Source of the DNA: an uncultured cyanobacterium
GTDB taxonomy: Bacteria > Cyanobacteriota > Cyanobacteriia > Cyanobacteriales > Nostocaceae
Direction: 5' to 3'
DNA: 64,000 nucleotides
Assembly (NCBI GenBank): GCA_963740315.1
Contig: CAVUDP010000002.1
Location: 2,912,001 to 2,976,000, forward strand
The notes under the pieces were generated by a model that was given only the letters and a program-made list of their open reading frames with translations, was not told the origin of the DNA and did no database searches. Shown here piece after piece: positions 1 through 8,630 of the stretch (positions are counted from its first letter, which is position 1; every line of letters begins with the position of its first letter). The translations under genes and the position numbers were made by a program.

Positions 1-1223
1 AGTTAGTTTTAGAGTTAACTTCCTGTTTCGTCATGGCTTCAATCTGACGATTGAAGGGTTTGTCCACTCCACAAGCAATCCCGGTAGAGCTTACCGTTTG
101 ATCCGAACGAATCGGAATATAAATTCCTTCAAACCATCGTTCTATATTTTTACTAGCGTTCAAGTCTCTATCTTCGGTATGACCACATTCAGGACACACA
201 TAAACACGCTCTTTCAATGGCATCTTATGACGATGTTTACTACAATTAGAACATATTTGAGAACTGGGAAACATTCTCTCAACTAATACTAATTGACTGG
301 AAAATTTCTCAGTTTTATATTCTAATTGACGTTTAAACTCATACATCCCACAGTCAGCAATTGCACCTGCCAATCTATGATTTTTAAGAAATGCCTTAAT
401 TGATAAATCTTCTATCTTAATAATACTGTGGTTTTTAGCAAGATAAGTAGTTAATTTATGAATAGCATCTTTGCGAATATTGGCTATCCTAGCGTGCAAT
501 TTCGCAAGTCTAGAAACTGCTTTTTTACGATTATTAGAACCATTATTTTTCTTGCTTAAACGACGTTGTAGGTGTTTTAAACGCTTACTCATACGACGAT
601 AAGCTTTGGGATTGTTAAAAACTTTACCGTTTGAACAAACAGCTAATTCTTTAATTCCGATATCAACACCAACAGACAGTCTATCTGCTTCAATACTCGG
701 TTTTTCAACTTCATATTTAATTGCGATAAACCATTTATCAGCAGTGCGAGAAATCACACAATTATGTGTTGCTTTAACTGGTAATGTTTCTGTTAATCTT
801 ACCCAACTAATTGATGGTAATTTAACACGTTTACCATCAATTTTAATCATTGGTTTAGCCTTAGAACCAGATTCAAGGTAAAAACTATCGTGCTTTCCTT
901 TTTTCTTGAATCTTGGCTGTTGAGCTAACTTTTTAAAAAATCTATCCCAAGCTGTACGCAAATCTTTTATTGCTTGTTGTGGAACGTTTTTATTAGTTTG
1001 ATAGTACCAAGGATTGACCGTCTTTACTTCGGCTACTAACTTTTTATGTAAGTCGATAGAACTTGGTAATTTGAGCGACTTATCAGTTTTGCTCGGGCGT
1101 AATATATCTTTAAAGATGGCATTTGCCCAGTTATAAGCTTTCAGGTGCTACACCAGATGCTTTTTTGAAAGCTGTAATCTGCTTGTTGTTTGGAATTAAC
1201 TCAACTTTGATACTTAAAAGCAT
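1..1223 (-). pseudogene. tnpB: TnpB RNA-guided endonuclease (IS200/IS605 or IS607 type), +1 frameshift near codon 27; 3' end runs off the window
   Basis: Manual translation: MLLSIKVELIPNNKQITAFKKASGVA then a stop. The shifted frame from 1141 reads KAYNWAN...VGVDIGIK...IKIEDL...CSNC...CPECG..DRDLNAS (RuvC I/II/III plus Zn ribbon). Absent from the ORF track because it has no stop inside the window. Confidence 0.9.
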
Positions 1224-1400
1224 TTAACGCCGCATCAAGTGTCATAACGTCATATATCGATTAGTTTACTGATAAAAACGTACTCTTACAATCCTATGTA
1301 AACAAAAATTTACCGTAACTATCGCGCCAGTTAAATTATATTTCTGGACAATATGACTACATATGTCCACTTATGGGTATAAATTAGATAACAGTTACTA
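1..1400 (-). mobile_element. Non-autonomous tnpB-only insertion sequence (no tnpA); left end near 1400
   Basis: tnpB is preceded by about 175 nt of non-coding DNA that begins where the upstream TPR ORF stops abruptly (GAGGG|CTAGTAAC). Confidence 0.65.
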
Positions 1401-1661
1401 GCCCTCACGTTGTCGGGCTTTAATTTCTCGGTAAATAACTAGCGCTCGTTGAGAAGATTGTATTGCAGCCTCATATTCACCAGTGTTAAGTTGCTTAAGC
1501 CCTTGTTGCAATAGCCTATCCGCTTGGACTTCTCGCTCATCAACCGTTTGCGCTAATACCCGTGATGCTGTAAATGCTACTGGTAAGTTAGGAACCGCAG
1601 AGCCGGAAAGGCTAACCACAAGGGTAAATAAAGCAATTAAGCGAAGTTTTTGTAAATACAT
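1398..1661 (-). pseudogene. N-terminal fragment of a secreted TPR (probably TPR-CHAT) protein, truncated by the IS
   Basis: Signal-like N-terminus and a first TPR (ADRLLQQG...YEAAIQSSQRALVIYREIK..REG) that ends mid-repeat. Confidence 0.7.
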
Positions 1662-1854
1662 AGCAGTTAATCATACATAGTTGCTTTCACGCTCATATAT
1701 ATCTCTCAGTTTCTGGCAGTTATGCAAGTTAACGATTAGCGATTATGTCACTTCAATCCGGAATTGGTGCGTTACGGCAAATTCACACTTACTCGAACTA
1801 TCAAATCTTTCGGTAGCCGTAACACACCCTACAAAATATTTATTTTATAGACTA

Positions 1855-1906
1855 ATTAAACCCACGGAGGTGCGTTTTGCCTGTGTAGACGCGGTTTCAA
1901 CCGCCG
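1855..1906. repeat. Small palindromic dispersed repeat (AAACCCACGGAGGTGCGTTT...GCGGTTTCAACCGC)
   Basis: Two short adjacent hairpins; GC-rich island in an AT-rich spacer. Confidence 0.5.
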
Positions 1907-2001
1907 GAGAAAACGATTAAACGCAATTTTTTTTTGCCACACTCAATACATTTATCCACTAACATGAAGAAATATAAAGCACATTATCCTCAAAACAACC
2001 A

Positions 2002-2271
2002 ATGCTAATTGTAGGATTGCTCGCTGCGACTTTAACCACCACTGCTTTTTTACCGCAAATGATAAAAGTATGGCAAACAAAGTCAGCTAATGATGTTTCT
2101 TACGCCATGTTAATTACATTTATCGTTGGTGTTTTTTTATGGTTGATATACGGAATTCTACGTCAGGATATCGCCGTTATTTTGGCTAATGCCTTAACTT
2201 TAATTTTTAACCTGACAATTCTATGGCTTAAAATTAAATATGAAAAAACACCTGTTAATAAACGCCTGTGA
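2002..2271 (+). CDS. SemiSWEET (PQ-loop) transporter
   Basis: 89 aa, three TM helices, AFLPQ motif and TKSANDVS. Confidence 0.9.
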   Translation: MLIVGLLAATLTTTAFLPQMIKVWQTKSANDVSYAMLITFIVGVFLWLIYGILRQDIAVILANALTLIFNLTILWLKIKYEKTPVNKRL

Positions 2272-3896
2272 CATCCGATTTATTTGCTAAAGAACGCCTT
2301 TTATTTACTCCCGCTACTCCTAACACCGACGCTATTCCGACTATCTTTGCTTTTCCCAACGAATATACCGTAGGAATTACTAGCTTGGGTTATCAGGTAG
2401 TATGGGCTACTTTGGCTACACGTGCGGATTTACAGGTGAGTCGCTTGTTTACCGATATCAGCGAAATTCTTCCCCGAAACCCGGAAATTTTGGGTTTTTC
2501 CATGTCGTGGGAGTTAGATTATGTCAATATTATGAATTTGTTGGAATCTTTGGATATTCCGATTAACTCAGGCGATCGCCAAGATAATCATCCCATAGTT
2601 TTTGGTGGTGGTCCGGTTTTAACGGCGAATCCGGAACCCTATGCTGATTTTTTCGATGTGGTTTTGTTGGGAGATGGCGAAAATCTGTTAAATGATTTTA
2701 TTAATGCTTACAAAGAAGTTAGAAATGCAGATAGAGAAACCATATTAAAAGCGCTGGCACGAGTACCGGGAATTTACGTTCCTAGTTTGTATGAAGTTGA
2801 ATATTTGAGTTTAGATGGTGCGATAAAATCCATCAAACCAATTTCGTCGGATATTCCCGCTGAAGTACACAAGCAAACTTATCGCGAAAACACTTTATCT
2901 GCATCAACGGTAGTAACTGAAAAAGCAGCTTGGGAAAATATTTTTATGGTGGAGGTGGTGAGAAGCTGTCCGGAAATGTGCCGTTTTTGTTTGGCAAGCT
3001 ATCTTACTTTACCTTTTAGAACTGCCAGTTTAAATGATTCGTTAATTCCCGCGATCGAAAGAGGTTTACAAGTTACCAATCGTTTGGGATTGTTAGGTGC
3101 TTCGGTAACTCAGCATCCCGAATTCGAGACTTTATTAGAATATATAAACCAGCCAAAATACGAAGATGTACGTTTAAGTATCGCTTCGGTAAGAACCAAT
3201 ACGGTAACGGAAGAATTAGCCAGAACTTTGGCTCAAAGAGGAACCAAATCCTTGACAATTGCCGTGGAAAGTGGTTCGGAAAAAGTTAGAAAAATTATTA
3301 ATAAAAAGCTCGAACAGGAAGATATAATCAAAGCCGCAGAAAATGCCAAAAAAGGCGGATTGAAAGGTTTAAAACTTTATGGAATGGTAGGAATTCCGGG
3401 AGAAACCGCAGAGGATTTAGATGCAACTGTAACGATGATGCAGAATGTTAAAAAAGCCGCTCCAGGATTGCGTTTAACGTTAGGATGCAGTACTTTTGTA
3501 CCTAAAGCCCATACACCTTTTCAATGGTTTGGAGTGAATAAAGAAGCAGAAAAAAGATTGAAATTATTGCAGAAAAAGTTAAAGCCGCAAGGAATAGATT
3601 TTCGTCCGGAAAGCTACAATTGGTCGATAATTCAAACACTGCTATCGAGGGGAGATAGAAGATTATCTCGACTTTTGCAACTTACGCGCAACTTTGGCGA
3701 TTCTTTAGGTAGTTACAAACGTGCTTTCAAAGAATTAAAAGGGCAAATTCCCCCGTTAGACTTTTACGTTTACCAAAACTGGTCAACCGAGCAAATATTA
3801 CCTTGGAATCACTTGCAAGGGCCGCTTCCACAGTCTACACTGCAAAAGCATCTGAATGAAGCAGTCAACAGTTATCAGTTACCAGTTACCAGTTAA
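2268..3896 (+). CDS. B12-binding-domain radical SAM protein
   Basis: CxxxCxxC (CPEMCRFC); FGGGPVLTANPEP; GTGA overlap with the upstream stop. Confidence 0.85.
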   Translation: MTSDLFAKERLLFTPATPNTDAIPTIFAFPNEYTVGITSLGYQVVWATLATRADLQVSRLFTDISEILPRNPEILGFSMSWELDYVNIMNLLESLDIPINSGDRQDNHPIVFGGGPVLTANPEPYADFFDVVLLGDGENLLNDFINAYKEVRNADRETILKALARVPGIYVPSLYEVEYLSLDGAIKSIKPISSDIPAEVHKQTYRENTLSASTVVTEKAAWENIFMVEVVRSCPEMCRFCLASYLTLPFRTASLNDSLIPAIERGLQVTNRLGLLGASVTQHPEFETLLEYINQPKYEDVRLSIASVRTNTVTEELARTLAQRGTKSLTIAVESGSEKVRKIINKKLEQEDIIKAAENAKKGGLKGLKLYGMVGIPGETAEDLDATVTMMQNVKKAAPGLRLTLGCSTFVPKAHTPFQWFGVNKEAEKRLKLLQKKLKPQGIDFRPESYNWSIIQTLLSRGDRRLSRLLQLTRNFGDSLGSYKRAFKELKGQIPPLDFYVYQNWSTEQILPWNHLQGPLPQSTLQKHLNEAVNSYQLPVTS

Positions 3897-3974
3897 AGCA
3901 TTTTAATGTAGTGCGAGCATCTTGCTCGCTAGAAGACGCAAGCAAGATGTATATTCAAAATCTCAAGTTTAACA

Positions 3975-4163
3975 ATGCAAAATACTGCCCAATATTATTG
4001 CGCTTCTTGTGGTGAACCAAATTTAACTTTTATTGATATCAGTCAAGGTTTTCAACAATCTTATGTAGAAGACTGTCAAGTATGCTGTCGTCCTAACATT
4101 TTATATATCCGAATTGATGAAGAAACGCTCGATATCGAAATTGATACAGATTATGACGAATAA
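3975..4163 (+). CDS. CPXCG-motif cysteine-rich small protein
   Basis: CASCGE...YVEDCQVCCRP. Confidence 0.85.
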   Translation: MQNTAQYYCASCGEPNLTFIDISQGFQQSYVEDCQVCCRPNILYIRIDEETLDIEIDTDYDE

Positions 4164-4186
4164 ATAAGCGATCGCACAATAATGCA

Positions 4187-4750
4187 ATGGTACGTACAGA
4201 ATCCAAAACTTTAACTTTAGAAGAGTTTCTGGCATTACCAGAAATGAAGCCTGCAAGCGAATACATTGATGGGCAAATTATACAAAAACCTATGCCACAA
4301 GGTAAACACAGTAAATTACAGGGTGAATTGGTAACTACTGTTAATTCCATAACTAAACCAAAACGAGTTGCATTAGCTTTTCCCGAATTAAGATGCACTT
4401 TTGGCGATCGCTCGATTATACCTGATGTCGCAGTTTTTACTTGGCAACGCATACCTTTAGATGAAAATGGCGATATTGCTAATGTATTTCAAGCTCCTCC
4501 CGATTGGACTATTGAAATTCTTTCTCCGGATCAAAGCCAAACCAAAGTAACTGGAAATATTTTACACTGCCTAAAACATGGAACTAAATTGGGTTGGTTA
4601 ATCGATCCTGACGAACGTTCTATATTAGTATTTCCACCAGGGCAGCAACCTGAACTATTACAGGAAATGAATGATATATTACCCGTTCCCGATTTTATAA
4701 GATTACGGTTAACGGTTGGCGATATTTTTAACTGGTTGAGACTTAGTTAA
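4187..4750 (+). CDS. Uma2 (DUF820) family putative endonuclease
   Basis: TLEEFLALPE.KPASEYIDG, PELRCTF, PDWTIEILSP. Confidence 0.92.
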   Translation: MVRTESKTLTLEEFLALPEMKPASEYIDGQIIQKPMPQGKHSKLQGELVTTVNSITKPKRVALAFPELRCTFGDRSIIPDVAVFTWQRIPLDENGDIANVFQAPPDWTIEILSPDQSQTKVTGNILHCLKHGTKLGWLIDPDERSILVFPPGQQPELLQEMNDILPVPDFIRLRLTVGDIFNWLRLS

Positions 4751-5169
4751 ACCATTCATCGATCAAAAAAATACTATAGCAATACTCCACAAATTTTTGT
4801 TGAGGTAGCCTGCGCTTGCCCTTAAAACACGAGAATGTTTTCTGTTGGCTATTAAAAATTCCCTTTGACAACGAAGAATTTAATAAATCAAACCGGATTT
4901 CTATAAAATTACTAAGTATATAAATTATATTCCTAGTCCATTTTAATAAAATGGCACTTAGAGTAATTGTAGTCCTAGTAAATCAGAATTAAGTCAAAAC
5001 ATCTGTATTTTAACTGTACTATCTTCTATCACAATAATTATATTAAACTTATTCTTTCAGTAAAGAAAATATGAAAAAACGTGCAAGATAGTTGTATTAA
5101 ATTATTTCGCATACGATAATACTTATAGTTTTTCATCAGCAATAACACCGAATCAAGCCAAACGCAACG

Positions 5170-5964
5170 ATGTTATGGCGAAGATTTTATTGCTTAATTT
5201 TTTATTATGAATTAAATATGATTTTTTTTAAAAGTGAATTAGCTCACCGAAAAGCTTTGCAATTAGCTGTGGTGGGTAGCATTTTGTTGTTTAATATCAA
5301 ATCATCAGTAGCTAATAAACCAGTAGATAAAAAAACTGATACCGAGCGATCGAGTCAAACGTCTATTCAGCTTGCTCAAAATAAGGTTTGTCCCGCAGCA
5401 AACTTATTACCTGTACGTTCATTTAATACAGCAAAATATTACGTTTATATTTGTAGGGGAGATAATAAAAATACTTTAGGATATTACGTCCGTATTCCGA
5501 AAAATTTAGATAGTAAAATAACAGTACCGATCGCCAAAAAAGCTAGCGAAACTTATATTGCTATTAATGGTGAAGTCGCGTACATAATAACCCCATATGA
5601 AATGGTCATAACTAAACGCGGTCGAATTATTTTGGGAGAAAGAGTGATAACTGCCGTAAAAGCAAATGGTCAATCTATAGCAAAAGGTTGTCCTGAAGGA
5701 AACAATACTTTTGCTCAAGCAGAAACCAAAAGCTTTTTTATTTATATCTGTGGTAGCGAGAATCCCAGTAGTTATGTAAGTGTTACCAGAAAAAGTAATA
5801 TAGTAATTAATCTTCCACTACAAAAATGGAATCAAAACAGCTTAAAAGCTAATCGATACGTAGCCAAAAACGGTAGTATCAGTTTTGTTCTTACTGACAA
5901 AGTATTAAGAGTTTCTCGCGATGGTAAAAATATAGTTAAAGAAAAAGTGCTGCAATGGGAGTGA
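5170..5964 (+). CDS. Secreted hypothetical protein with two repeated domains (start may be 5218)
   Basis: Signal-like segment; two similar units CP..(F/E)T..Y/F.YIC..YV. Confidence 0.7.
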   Translation: MLWRRFYCLIFYYELNMIFFKSELAHRKALQLAVVGSILLFNIKSSVANKPVDKKTDTERSSQTSIQLAQNKVCPAANLLPVRSFNTAKYYVYICRGDNKNTLGYYVRIPKNLDSKITVPIAKKASETYIAINGEVAYIITPYEMVITKRGRIILGERVITAVKANGQSIAKGCPEGNNTFAQAETKSFFIYICGSENPSSYVSVTRKSNIVINLPLQKWNQNSLKANRYVAKNGSISFVLTDKVLRVSRDGKNIVKEKVLQWE

Positions 5965-6285
5965 GGAGGAGATGGGGAGAGGGGAAGAGGGGGAGATGGG
6001 GGAGATGGTAAGCCCAAAACGTGCGGAGGAACACGACCGTTGAGAGAAGTGGCGAACCCGTTACTCTAACGAGTCGTGCCGCGCTGAACACGCGGAGCGT
6101 GCGGCGAGCGGGGGAGATGGGGGAGATGGGGAGACAAGGGGAAAAGGAGACAAAGAGAAATTTAAGCTCCAAACTCCTGACTCCTCCCTACTCCCTACTC
6201 CCTACTCCCCACTCCCTACTCCCCACTCTTCACTGCTCACTGCTCACTGTTCACTGCTCACTGATTACTGCTCACTGCTCACTGA
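5965..6285. repeat. STRR arrays (GGGGAGAT, CTCCCTA, CACTGCT) enclosing a ~105-bp GC-rich dispersed element (6007-6115)
   Basis: Tandem 7-8-mers seen directly; near-identical copy of the element at 30203-30307. Confidence 0.85.
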
Positions 6286-7194
6286 TTTAATCCAATCTAA
6301 AATCGCTTGGTTTACTCGTTCTGGACATTCGTCATGGGGGCAATGTCCGATGTTTTCTAAGGCAAGTAATTGTAAGTTTTCGTTATGGCGAGTAAATTCA
6401 GAAGCAAGCTTGAAGGGAATAATTTTATCTTTCTCTCCCCAAATCAAAAGCACGGGTATTTTTAAGTTTGATAATAATTCTTTGACATTTGGACTGTAAT
6501 CTGGATTGTTTTGGGCTTTGACAAGAGCAGTTAAGGCACGAGCCGAACCTCTGTCTTGGGTTGGTGTTGCTAGTATTTCTATCAGTTCGTCGGTAACGGT
6601 TTCGGGATTTGCATAAGCGAAGGTTGCGCCGCGACGCAGTATATTAGGTCGGCGTATCAAGTAAAAAACTGGTTTGATTAATAAGGGATTTGCAACAAAA
6701 TTTTTGATTGTTGCGACTAAAGGATATAAAAATGCCGGAATAGCCTCTTTTTCTATATTTGGGTCTGGTAAACTCATCATTACCAAACCTTTGACCATTT
6801 CAGGATATTTTGCAGCTGCGGCTAAGGAAATCAACGAACCGATGGAATTACCTATTAATATTACTGGTTTACGAATAAAAGCTTTCCAAAAGTCGTACAT
6901 TTGCTCTACCCATAAATCCACGCTGTAATTAGCTGCTGCTTTCTCTGAAGCACCGAAACCCAACATATCTAGAGCATAAACCGTATGGCGATCGCCTAAT
7001 ATTTCCAAATTATGTCGCCAATGTCCGATGCTTGCACCAAACCCGTGGAGCAACATTAAAGGAAAAGATTTTACAGAATTATTTTCGTTTTGATTTTTGG
7101 GTCGAATATATGTATACCGAGTTTGCCAACCGCGCCAAACCCAATCGCGTTGATTTCCGACTTTTTGCTGCCAATGTGCGCTGCTAGTCATCAA
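6265..7194 (-). CDS. Alpha/beta fold hydrolase
   Basis: LLHGFGASIGHWR, GNSIG nucleophile elbow, GHCPHDE. Confidence 0.92.
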   Translation of the reverse strand: MMTSSAHWQQKVGNQRDWVWRGWQTRYTYIRPKNQNENNSVKSFPLMLLHGFGASIGHWRHNLEILGDRHTVYALDMLGFGASEKAAANYSVDLWVEQMYDFWKAFIRKPVILIGNSIGSLISLAAAAKYPEMVKGLVMMSLPDPNIEKEAIPAFLYPLVATIKNFVANPLLIKPVFYLIRRPNILRRGATFAYANPETVTDELIEILATPTQDRGSARALTALVKAQNNPDYSPNVKELLSNLKIPVLLIWGEKDKIIPFKLASEFTRHNENLQLLALENIGHCPHDECPERVNQAILDWIKSVSSEQ

Positions 7195-7718
7195 TAATTC
7201 TCTACAACAGCAATAAAATTTATTATAGAAGTTTTCAATTCGATCGTGTTCTACTAGTTTTTCTATTTATCGGAATCGATCGCCTGTTTCCCCAGTAAAA
7301 CGTCCTATATATTTTAAATTTTACAGAAATTATGTCTCCCTATACCGAAGAATCAGTAATTCAGACTTTTTTATATTTAGATAGTTAATTAAACTATGCT
7401 TTAAGATATATGTATTTTAAATTTCATGGTGTTATCATGTAAATATACGTAATGCATATAGCGTTAATGTTTTGACACAGAAAAACTAAAATAATTAATG
7501 TTTGTTGCGATTGTGTAACTAACGTTGACCGATCGAGTCTAAACCCCCTCTAAAGTGAGTAGAATAACAGTAGGTACCAACATTTTTATTTTCATGGATT
7601 AGCTATCCTAGAAATAGACGTATTGTTCGTTCAAAGTCCTACTCGTTTTCTGAGTCTGAGATATCTCATTCCATACCCAAAACCAAATTCTTAACAATAA
7701 CTTCCCCAAAAATCATAT

Positions 7719-8252
7719 ATGCCTGTGATAGAGAAAAGAAGAAGTCGCGACCTGCCTCAAATCAACGAAAGAATTCGCTTCCCGAAAATTCGGGTAATTG
7801 ATACTGATGGTGCCCAATTGGGAATCATGACTCCCCAAGATGCACTCACTAGAGCGGATGAGAAAGATTTAGATTTAGTGCTGGTTAGCGATAAAGCCGA
7901 TCCGCCGGTTTGTCGGATTATGGATTATGGGAAATTCAAGTTTGAACAAGAGAAGAAAGCCCGAGAAGCTCGTAAAAAGCAGCACACGGCTGATGTCAAA
8001 GAAGTCAAGATGCGCTACAAGATAGAAGAACATGATTACAACGTGCGCGTCAACCAAGCTAAGCGCTTTCTCAAAGATGGTGATAAAGTGAAAGCCACGG
8101 TTATGTTCCGGGGTAGAGAAATTCAACACACCGATCTAGCAGAAATTTTGCTGAAGCGGATGGCGACAGATTTAGAAGCTGAAGCCGAGGTGCAGCAATA
8201 TCCGAAGAAGGAAGGAAGAAACATGATGATGCTGCTTTCTCCTAAGAAATAA
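7719..8252 (+). CDS. infC: Translation initiation factor IF-3
   Basis: [35 protein letters not shown]. Confidence 0.97.
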   Translation: MPVIEKRRSRDLPQINERIRFPKIRVIDTDGAQLGIMTPQDALTRADEKDLDLVLVSDKADPPVCRIMDYGKFKFEQEKKAREARKKQHTADVKEVKMRYKIEEHDYNVRVNQAKRFLKDGDKVKATVMFRGREIQHTDLAEILLKRMATDLEAEAEVQQYPKKEGRNMMMLLSPKK

Positions 8253-8275
8253 TTGTAATAATAGTTTAAATCGTC

Positions 8276-8321
8276 AAGAAGCAATACCAATGGTTATTAT
8301 CTACTGGTATTGCTTCTTTTT
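8276..8321 (+). terminator. Rho-independent terminator of infC
   Basis: AAGAAGCAATACCA...TGGTATTGCTTCTT followed by a T run. Confidence 0.75.
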
Positions 8322-8630
8322 GGCGTTCTATATCACGGTGTCTTGCCGGGGCAGTGAATAATCGCGTCTATTTCAAAATTTTTGTCAGTCAACTAGATTC
8401 TTAAAGCAGAAGTAATTTTAAATTAATCGAAAAAAAGCGATAGTCTTGGGTGCTGAGTGGGAAAACTAATACTCAGTTGCTCGGGACTTTCTTTATTTAA
8501 GCAGAATTAGTTTTTTAGTCGCCAGTGATTTATAAAATTTGTAGAAGCCCGATGGAGCAACTGAAAATTGAAAGTTCATGTTTAGTAGGGGTAATTACAC
8601 CAGATTAAACGGCATGGAATTAAAGAATCA

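Noticed and set aside
98..881. Plus-strand ORFs 98-286 and 606-881
   Set aside because: Antisense shadows of tnpB.
1224..1400. IStron (group I intron fused to the tnpB element)
   Set aside because: Only ~175 nt, and I could not find P3/P4/P7 core pairings.
5832..6290. Short ORFs over repeat arrays (also 18356-18598, 30105-30323, 36336-36539, 39064-39255, 59987-60478)
   Set aside because: Low-complexity translations of STRR arrays and dispersed repeats.
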